47,251 nt of DNA, from the NCBI GenBank assembly GCA_045532445.1, contig JAZSFW010000047.1:1-47251 (forward strand), written 5' to 3'. Both the position numbers and the translations under genes were made by a program. The notes beneath the pieces were generated by a model, which did no database searches, was not told the origin of the DNA, and saw only the letters and a list, made by a program, of their open reading frames with translations. How positions within the stretch are numbered: position 1 is the stretch's first letter; each line of letters opens with the position of its first letter. Origin of the DNA: Acetatifactor sp. Its GTDB lineage: Bacteria > Bacillota > Clostridia > Lachnospirales > Lachnospiraceae. Of the stretch, positions 39,961 to 47,251 are shown piece by piece.

Positions 39961-40265
39961 GAACCGGGCGGATTTGTCAAAGTGATCAGGTAGCGACAGC
40001 GCCATATGGTGTGGGGCTTTAGCATCTGTAAGGCTGTTAGTGTTACTTAGGATTGGCAGGCATAGGAAATGAAAGTGTTAGAGCCCACAACCACAACATG
40101 TCTGAGCGCGCGTAGCGCGTGAGTTTTGTGGTTGTGGGCTCTGCCCTTAACTTTTATTTCCTATGCCTGCCAATTCTTAGTAACACTTACTGCCTTGCAA
40201 CTGCCAAAGCCCCACACCATATGGCACTGTCGCTACCTGATCACTTTGACAAATCCGCCCGGTTC
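39961..40265. repeat. ~305-bp imperfect palindrome (long hairpin element, copy B), overlapping the rsmA 3' end
   Basis: gaaccgggcggatttgtcaaagtgatcaggtagcgacag / ctgtcgctacctgatcactttgacaaatccgcccggttc; homologous to the reverse complement of 72-393. Confidence 0.95.
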
Positions 40266-41119
40266 CCCAGCAAATTGCTGAGCTGTGCAAATTGCTGTAG
40301 TGTCAGGACTTCTCCCCGGATGGTAGGGGACAGTCCCATCTGTTCCAGTGCCGCCGTCACCTCTTCCTTGGTCACGGAAAGTCCCTGGGCATTGGAGAGT
40401 CCGTTCACAAGTGTCTTTCTTCTCTGGTTAAAGGAAGCTCTGATCAGGGTAAACAAAAAAGCCTCGTCATCTGCCTTTACCGGCGGCTCCTCGTAGCGCG
40501 TCAGGCGGATCACAGCACTTCCCACATTCGGTCTTGGGATAAAGCAGTTGGGCGGAACGTTGGCCACAATCTGAGGCTTGGCATAATACTGTACAGCCAG
40601 GGAAAGGGCTCCGTAATCCTTGGTTCCCGGGCCCACCTGCATCCTGTCAGCCACTTCTTTCTGCACCATGATCGTGATACTCTTTAACGGTACATGCTTC
40701 TCAAACAAGCCCATAATGATCGGGGTTGTTATGTAGTAGGGCAAGTTGGCAACCACCTTGATGGGTTTGCCGGCGTTTTTCTCCTGCACAATTTTGTTGA
40801 TATCTACCTTGAGAATGTCATCATTGATCACTGTGACATTGTCATACTCTGCCAAGGTATTCTGCAAAATAGGGATCAGTGCTTTATCGATCTCCACAGC
40901 GATCACTTCTCTTGCGCGCTCTGCCAGATACTGAGTCATGGTGCCAATACCCGGACCGATCTCCAGAACACAATCCTCCGGGGTGATCTGGGATGCCTCT
41001 ATAATGCGGTCAAGAACGGTTGTGTCGATTAAAAAGTTCTGCCCAAATTTTTTCTGAAAATTAAAATTATATTTTTGCAGAACAGCGATCGTATTCTGCG
41101 GAATTCCTAGTGTTGCCAT
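40241..41119 (-). CDS. rsmA: 16S rRNA adenine dimethyltransferase
   Basis: KKFGQNFL, EIGPGIG, VANLPYYITTP, QRRKTL. Confidence 0.96.
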   Translation of the reverse strand: MATLGIPQNTIAVLQKYNFNFQKKFGQNFLIDTTVLDRIIEASQITPEDCVLEIGPGIGTMTQYLAERAREVIAVEIDKALIPILQNTLAEYDNVTVINDDILKVDINKIVQEKNAGKPIKVVANLPYYITTPIIMGLFEKHVPLKSITIMVQKEVADRMQVGPGTKDYGALSLAVQYYAKPQIVANVPPNCFIPRPNVGSAVIRLTRYEEPPVKADDEAFLFTLIRASFNQRRKTLVNGLSNAQGLSVTKEEVTAALEQMGLSPTIRGEVLTLQQFAQLSNLLGNRADLSK

Positions 41120-41195
41120 CTTCTTTCACCTTTTTATCTCATTTTCTATCCACTGCACTATCTGGTTTTTTCATATATCAAGCTATCTGCGGACG

Positions 41196-41846
41196 CTATA
41201 CGATCTCTTGAAAATAACGTACAACCTCTGTCAGATTATCAAATATCTGAAAGCTCTGGCTTCTCATGTCATGCGTGGGCTCTATCATGTCCGGTACCAA
41301 AAGCGTTTTCAATCCGGCACGATACGCGGCCAACACGCCATTGGGGGAATCCTCAATGGCATATGTCTTCCCGGGAGTCGCTCCAAGTTTCCGGCAAGTA
41401 AGCAGATAAATATCCGGATTGGGTTTGGAATGTTCAATCAAATCCCCTGTGACGATCACTCGAAAATAATCCGCGATCCCAGCACTCTTTAAATGATTCA
41501 ATGTAGTCTGATAAGAGGTCGAAGTAGCCAGTGCAACAGGAATCTTTCGCCTCTTTAAATACTCCAAAAGCTCCTTTACTCCCGATTTCATGGAAAGACC
41601 ATATATTTTTATGTGGGTTTTGACCCAGGAGTCGACTGCTTCGCGATAATTGTCATAGTCAAAAGCTTCCCCATATTGCGCCTGCATATATGCCCTGCAA
41701 TCATTCCTATTCCGACCGATACAGCCTTTTGCCGCCTCTTCAATTCCGTGGATCTTCCGCTTTTTTGCCACCTGCACCCATCCTTCAAGATACAGACGCT
41801 CTGTATCAAACAACACCCCATCCATATCAAAGATCACTGCATCCAT
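41196..41846 (-). CDS. HAD family phosphatase
   Basis: FDMDGVLFDTE, ATST, KPNPDIY, EDSPNG. Confidence 0.9.
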   Translation of the reverse strand: MDAVIFDMDGVLFDTERLYLEGWVQVAKKRKIHGIEEAAKGCIGRNRNDCRAYMQAQYGEAFDYDNYREAVDSWVKTHIKIYGLSMKSGVKELLEYLKRRKIPVALATSTSYQTTLNHLKSAGIADYFRVIVTGDLIEHSKPNPDIYLLTCRKLGATPGKTYAIEDSPNGVLAAYRAGLKTLLVPDMIEPTHDMRSQSFQIFDNLTEVVRYFQEIV

Positions 41847-41917
41847 CGCACTCGCATCACCTTTCAATCATTCCCTTGCTCATCGGCATAAAAACTGCTC
41901 CAAAAAAACATTTACGG

Positions 41918-43039
41918 TCACTTATAATAAAGAAAATCATCTATAAAATGAATACAGTCATACAACACCAACATATCCGTCTGAGGCGTCATATAAGGAT
42001 CTACCAGATTGGACAGCTTCCCGTTATAATACCTAAGATCGATCATATAAATCTTATCATAGTGGTTTGCCAGAAGAGGCACCATGCAGTTGGCATAAGA
42101 GTTCTTAATAAGCACCAACTCCCGCCCCCTTTGATACCCTGTCTCAATCTCTATAAAGGGATGATTGTCATCTAAAAAGAAACCATATTTATTCTTGGTA
42201 TCCAGATGCTTTTTTTCATAATAGGTGTCTTTCTTGGTCTGAAAATCATAGGTGACAGAAGGAGTCTTCTTCATGGTTTCCGGGAAAATCTGAATCTTAT
42301 CCTCTCTGTGAGGCAAGTTTAATTTGGAGTGAAGCGTCCCCAAAAATTCATCCGTCACAGTAAACAGACTCTCCGGATCAAAGGTTTCCATAGCCATATT
42401 ACCCGCTTGCTTTTTCCACACCAGATAACCATAATACGCTCCCAGTGTCGTCCAGTGATGATCCGTGCGATAGTAAATCTCTTCTTTATTGTGCGCCTTC
42501 AGATTGTCGTACACATTGATCAGATTGTCTTCTCCGATCACCTCCGCCGCCTGGGAAAGAAACTGCCTCTGGTCATAAAATGATGCCTCAAAAGGTAACT
42601 TGTCCGTCAAAATATTATCTGCCGTGGGAACCAACATAGCCTTGGCACCATATTTATCCACCAGTCCCTTTAAAAGTTCCAGCTTCTTGTCCACATCCTC
42701 TTGCTTGATATTCTGGGGCAGATGCTGCTCGATCAAGTAATCATCCTCACCCAAATAGACACCATTAATGACCTTTTTCTGCAAAAGTACGTCCCCTCTG
42801 GTCTTTAGCTCCACCCAGGTATCCCTGCCTACAAACTGATCCGTCACATAGGTCTCGTAATCCTCCATGAAAGTGCCATCCAACAGGGATTCTATGCTCA
42901 GTTTTGGCTTTGTGGCCAGCATCCTGTTCTCATTCTCAGAGAAGGTCCGGTCTGCTGTCACCAGATCGCCTATTGTAAAAATCAGTAGGATCGCAGCAAA
43001 AAACACGACTGTCAGCGCTGCATTCGATTTTTCATTCAT
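41918..43039 (-). CDS. DHHW family (AlgJ/PatB-like) O-acetyltransferase
   Basis: SENENR, YRTDHHWT, KNSYAN, IDLRYY. Confidence 0.88.
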   Translation of the reverse strand: MNEKSNAALTVVFFAAILLIFTIGDLVTADRTFSENENRMLATKPKLSIESLLDGTFMEDYETYVTDQFVGRDTWVELKTRGDVLLQKKVINGVYLGEDDYLIEQHLPQNIKQEDVDKKLELLKGLVDKYGAKAMLVPTADNILTDKLPFEASFYDQRQFLSQAAEVIGEDNLINVYDNLKAHNKEEIYYRTDHHWTTLGAYYGYLVWKKQAGNMAMETFDPESLFTVTDEFLGTLHSKLNLPHREDKIQIFPETMKKTPSVTYDFQTKKDTYYEKKHLDTKNKYGFFLDDNHPFIEIETGYQRGRELVLIKNSYANCMVPLLANHYDKIYMIDLRYYNGKLSNLVDPYMTPQTDMLVLYDCIHFIDDFLYYK

Positions 43040-43053
43040 TGCAGACCTCCTCA

Positions 43054-44487
43054 CTAAAATCTAAAATATAAAATCGGGTTATAGGATGCATCCACGATAT
43101 ATGCAACCGACGCAAGCAACAGGATAGCCGGGATCACCTTCTCCAAAAGTCTTCTGACCGCGATGGCCAGACCGCTTCCGCCCTTCCTGAGCTTGTTTGC
43201 CAAAGTACTTGCCACCGGAAGAGATGCCACAATGGCCACCAGTAAAAGCACTGCATATTCCTTGATCAAAAACAGTGCATTGCCGTCATACAAACCGGAA
43301 GCACCCAGGCCGAACATGGATTTCACATACACAAAAATTCCGTTCACATCCTCTATGGCAAAGATTACCCAGCCCAAAAGGACCACAAATGCGGTATAAA
43401 CAAAACCATAGATCTTGGGAAGATAATTTAATAATCCGCTAAATCCCACTTTCTCCAGGATCAGGAAAAACGCAAACCAAAGTCCCCACAAAAGAAAATT
43501 CCAGCTGGCGCCATGCCAGATACCGGTCAACATCCAGACGATCAGAATGTTCAACACCTGTCTGGGCAGTCCTTTCCGGTTGCCGCCCAGTGGAATATAC
43601 ACATAATCCCGAAACCACTGACCAAGTGTCATATGCCAACGTCTCCAGAACTCCGTCACCGAGCAGGAGATATAAGGATATCGGAAATTCTCCGGGAACC
43701 GGAAGCCCATCATCGCGCCCAATCCAATGGCCATGTCAGAATATCCGGAAAAATCAAAATAAATCTGAAAAGCGTAAGCTACGATACCGATCCAGCAAAG
43801 CAGCACATTCAGATTTTCCGGGCCTGCCGCCAGCGCCTCTTCCCACAAAAGACCCAGGTTGTTGGCAAGCAATACTTTCTTGGCAAGTCCCACAATGAAC
43901 CGCCTGATGCCATAGCTGACACCCTCGATGCTGCTGCGGTGATCCCTAAGATCATCCTGAACATCTACATACCTGACGATAGGTCCCGCGATCAGCTGAG
44001 GGAACATGGTCACAAACACACCAAAATCCAACAGATTGCGCTGCACCTTCGCTTCTCCCCGATACACATCTATGGTGTATGACATGGTCTGGAAGGTATA
44101 AAAAGAAATACCAATGGGAAGCGGCAACTCCAACAAAGGTATACTGGTACCTGCCACCTGATTTACTGTCTGCAGTAAAAAATCTGCATATTTGAAAAAG
44201 CCCAGCACGCCCAGATTGATCAGGATAGAGGTGCAAAGGAATACCGCAGATACAACCCGTCTCTCCCGAAATCTCTCAATCAACCGCCCATGAATATAGT
44301 CTGACAGGGTAGAGAACAACAGAAGTATTACATACACCGGTTCTCCCCAGGCATAGAAAAACAGACTGCCCAAAAAGAGGATGACATTACGCATCCTCCG
44401 GGCAGCCGGCCATAAATAAGTCACAAAATATAAAGCTAAAAATATGGGTAAAAATCGAAACAAAAATAGAACACTGCTAAATACCAT
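43054..44487 (-). CDS. MBOAT family O-acyltransferase (AlgI/PatA-like)
   Basis: LPIGISFYTFQ, FPQLIAGPI, DFSGYSDMA, FWRRWH, GIWHGA. Confidence 0.93.
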   Translation of the reverse strand: MVFSSVLFLFRFLPIFLALYFVTYLWPAARRMRNVILFLGSLFFYAWGEPVYVILLLFSTLSDYIHGRLIERFRERRVVSAVFLCTSILINLGVLGFFKYADFLLQTVNQVAGTSIPLLELPLPIGISFYTFQTMSYTIDVYRGEAKVQRNLLDFGVFVTMFPQLIAGPIVRYVDVQDDLRDHRSSIEGVSYGIRRFIVGLAKKVLLANNLGLLWEEALAAGPENLNVLLCWIGIVAYAFQIYFDFSGYSDMAIGLGAMMGFRFPENFRYPYISCSVTEFWRRWHMTLGQWFRDYVYIPLGGNRKGLPRQVLNILIVWMLTGIWHGASWNFLLWGLWFAFFLILEKVGFSGLLNYLPKIYGFVYTAFVVLLGWVIFAIEDVNGIFVYVKSMFGLGASGLYDGNALFLIKEYAVLLLVAIVASLPVASTLANKLRKGGSGLAIAVRRLLEKVIPAILLLASVAYIVDASYNPILYFRF

Positions 44488-44523
44488 CTTAAAAGCTCCT
44501 CAGGTAAAGTATTGTCTTCTCCT

Positions 44524-45201
44524 TTACTTTACCACAGCTGCCTGCAATTGTTCAATAGCAAGTTTGTTTTGCTCCTGGCAATGCTTGATCACTTCAGCAT
44601 CACCTTTCTCAGAAAGCTCCATGGTGTCTGCACCTAACTGAATAAAGCAGATATAATCACCAATCTTTTCAACGGTAGAAGCCTGAATCTTGCCTACATT
44701 CATGGGATACTGCATGGTATCATTAACTTTTGCCTCTCTGTAAGCGATCAGCGCGTCCTCCACTGCCTTTTCCTGACCGGCCTTGGGCTTCACGATCACC
44801 AAAGTATCTACATTGGTGCCGATCATAGGCATCTCAGCAAGATAATCTTCATACATATCAGGGGTGATCACAAACAGACCTTCCAGGATATCCGGAGTCA
44901 TCGGCATATTGGGCCAATAATTATCACCCAATTTATCCACTACTGCGCTCTTTAAGGCTTCCATCTCCTGACTCCAGCCTTCCACACCGATCATAGGCAT
45001 ATCTTCTGTCTCTTCTGATGCGCTCTCAGATTCCTGAGATTCTTCTGTTTTTTCTGCCTCTTCGGTATCCTGAGGCACTGAGCTCTCCTGCGTAGCCTGA
45101 TTATCCTGTACGCTGCTTTCCTGTTCCGGCTGGTCTTTGCCGCAAGCCGCCAGAGCCATACAAAGTGCTATCATACACGCAAATGTAACTGCTTTTTTCA
45201 T
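44524..45201 (-). CDS. Lipoprotein, DUF4358-like
   Basis: Lipobox LAAC, acidic linker; first gene of the MBOAT-DHHW operon. Confidence 0.75.
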   Translation of the reverse strand: MKKAVTFACMIALCMALAACGKDQPEQESSVQDNQATQESSVPQDTEEAEKTEESQESESASEETEDMPMIGVEGWSQEMEALKSAVVDKLGDNYWPNMPMTPDILEGLFVITPDMYEDYLAEMPMIGTNVDTLVIVKPKAGQEKAVEDALIAYREAKVNDTMQYPMNVGKIQASTVEKIGDYICFIQLGADTMELSEKGDAEVIKHCQEQNKLAIEQLQAAVVK

Positions 45202-45811
45202 TCATTTCCTCCTTACGATGTGCGGTCCTACGACATATCCGCCGCACACTCTTGTTTCTTCATTTCATTAGCTACTAATGTTCCCGGTTTCTTCCGGAAT
45301 ATGCATCAAAACAGGAGCCTTCATTGTCTCCCGTTCTTGGCACCTGACTATCATAACATACTTTTTAGGATTTGTCTGCAAAAAGATTTATAAAAATAAA
45401 ATAACTAAAATATAAATCTGCAGTCTCTCTTATTTGTGAATGTTTATCAACGCACCGTAACTTAGAGTATAATTATCATTTAAGAAAAAGCGTAAGGTTT
45501 TCTTGTGGCGGCTTCTTGACCTGCCGGAAATTATTCTGATTCAGATAGATTTCTCATTTTGGGGTGATATATCTTCCTGAAAGACCCGAAAAGTGGGACG
45601 ATTGTCGTAAGCAAGGCAGATAGAATCTTAGCTTTCTTATGTTCTATATGCTTTTTGGGCAATTTATTTTGGATTTTTGGGGACTTTTATAAGATAGATT
45701 TGTGATATCAGATTAATTTATCTTACAGCACAAGTTTTAATGAGCAGGGCGGACTCATCATTCAGCGACCAAGCCAGAAACTTGGCACCGTAACAGTTTG
45801 ACCGGGAACAG

Positions 45812-45840
45812 TTGCACAATAACGAGACTTGTGTTAAACT
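45812..45840 (+). promoter_or_regulatory. SigA promoter of the ABC-F gene
   Basis: TTGCAC-17bp-TAAACT with extended TG. Confidence 0.65.
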
Positions 45841-45882
45841 AACAAGGAAATTGACCGAGCAAATATCTAAAGGAGTAACGCA

Positions 45883-47251
45883 ATGAGCATTTTAAATGTA
45901 GAACACTTAACCCACGGTTTTGGTGACCGCGCCATTTTCAATGATGTATCTTTCCGTCTGTTAAAAGGGGAGCACATCGGTCTGATCGGTGCCAACGGCG
46001 AGGGAAAGTCTACTTTTATGAATATTATCACCGGCAAACTGATGCCGGACGAAGGAAAGATTGAATGGGCAAAGAATGTCCGGGTAGGTTATCTGGATCA
46101 GCACACAGTGCTGACAGCAGGGCAGACCATACGTGATGTATTGTCCTCTGCCTTTGATTTCTTATATGATATGGAAGCACAGATGAATGACCTCTGTGAC
46201 AAAATGGGCGACGCCACACCGGAAGAATTGGAGCAGTATATGGAAGACCTGGGTACTCTCCAGGATCTTCTGACCATGCATGATTTTTACATGATCGACT
46301 CCAAGGTAGAAGAGGTGGGACGTGCCCTTGGTCTTGCGGATATTGGCTTTGAGCGGGATGTAACCGAATTAAGCGGAGGCCAGCGAACCAAAGTATTGCT
46401 GGGAAAGCTTCTTTTGGAAAAGCCTGACATCTTACTTTTGGACGAGCCTACCAACTATCTGGATGTGGAACATATTGAGTGGCTGAAGCGCTATCTGAAT
46501 GAGTATGAAAACGCTTTTATCCTGATCAGCCACGACATTCCTTTCTTAAACAGTGTGATCAACCTAATCTACCACATGGACAATCAGGAGCTGACCCGCT
46601 ATGTAGGCGATTATGATAAGTTCCAGGAAGTTTATGCCATGAAAAAGTCTCAGCTGGAGGCTGCCTATAATAAGCAACAGAAAGAAATTGCCGACTTAAA
46701 AGACTTTGTGGCCCGCAACAAAGCCCGGGTAGCCACCCGCAACATGGCCATGTCACGCCAAAAGAAACTGGACAAAATGGATGTGATCGAGTTAGCTGCC
46801 GAGAAACCCAAGCCGGAATTCAACTTCCGCGAGGCACGTACCCCCGGCAGATATATCTTCCAGACCGAAAATCTGGTGATTGGTTATGACGAGCCCCTCT
46901 CCCGCCCCTTAAATCTTTCCATGGAGCGTGGCCAGAAGATTGTACTGACCGGCGCCAACGGTATCGGTAAAACCACACTGCTCAAAAGTATTCTGGGTCT
47001 GATCCCACCTTTGAGCGGCAACGTAGAACAGGGAGATTACTTAGAAATCGGCTACTTTGAGCAGGAAATGAGCCAGGATGTGACCACCACCTGTATCGAA
47101 GAAATCTGGCAGACCTTCCCGGGCTTCACCCAATACGAGGTCCGCTCTGCCCTGGCCAAATGCGGTCTGACCACCAATCATATCGAGAGCAAAGTAAAAG
47201 TGTTAAGCGGCGGCGAGCAAGCCAAAGTACGCCTGTGCAAACTGATCAACC
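45883..47251 (+). CDS. ABC-F family ATPase (YfmM-like), truncated at the window end; missing from the ORF track
   Basis: MSILNVEHLTHGFGDRAIF..GANGEGKST..LSGGQ..LLLDEPTNYLD..GANGIGKTT..LSGGE; RBS AAGGAG. Confidence 0.93.
   Translation, partial: MSILNVEHLTHGFGDRAIFNDVSFRLLKGEHIGLIGANGEGKSTFMNIITGKLMPDEGKIEWAKNVRVGYLDQHTVLTAGQTIRDVLSSAFDFLYDMEAQMNDLCDKMGDATPEELEQYMEDLGTLQDLLTMHDFYMIDSKVEEVGRALGLADIGFERDVTELSGGQRTKVLLGKLLLEKPDILLLDEPTNYLDVEHIEWLKRYLNEYENAFILISHDIPFLNSVINLIYHMDNQELTRYVGDYDKFQEVYAMKKSQLEAAYNKQQKEIADLKDFVARNKARVATRNMAMSRQKKLDKMDVIELAAEKPKPEFNFREARTPGRYIFQTENLVIGYDEPLSRPLNLSMERGQKIVLTGANGIGKTTLLKSILGLIPPLSGNVEQGDYLEIGYFEQEMSQDVTTTCIEEIWQTFPGFTQYEVRSALAKCGLTTNHIESKVKVLSGGEQAKVRLCKLIN

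Noticed and set aside
40119-40496. 125-aa ORF on the + strand
   Set aside because: Made of a palindrome arm plus the antisense of rsmA
45575-45625. GAAAAGTGGGACG resembling part of a c-di-GMP-I riboswitch
   Set aside because: Flanking GCAAA motifs and the second stem are absent

Overview
47-kb chromosomal segment from a spore-forming Clostridia bacterium, most likely Lachnospiraceae (inferred from gene content and order). Most genes lie on the - strand. In order: two orphan BMC shell genes; a probable bile-acid 12alpha-hydroxysteroid dehydrogenase; a MATE pseudogene with two internal deletions; CapA; a FeoA-FeoB fusion; tRNA-Gln(CTG); GSIII; a housekeeping block (U32, trmR, mltG-like, ylbF, rnj, DUF1292, ruvX, ireB, mtaB, HPr-like, thiI, cysteine desulfurase, rsmE, prmA); an esterase plus GH20; an 11-gene monoderm Tad/Flp pilus locus; bofA/yaaL; glgB; a TPR protein; rsmA; a HAD hydrolase; a DUF4358-MBOAT-DHHW acetylation trio; and a partial YfmM-like ABC-F. 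The most striking unexplained signal is non-coding. Two homologous ~305-322 bp imperfect palindromes (72-393 and 39961-40265) have stems that co-vary between copies while their internal mismatches and central motif are conserved. A third 169-bp palindrome (13252-13420) has a similar central architecture. All three sit at a gene's 3' end in the same orientation relative to that gene. No transposase, integrase or CRISPR array was seen. All calls come from reading the sequence by eye; no searches were run.
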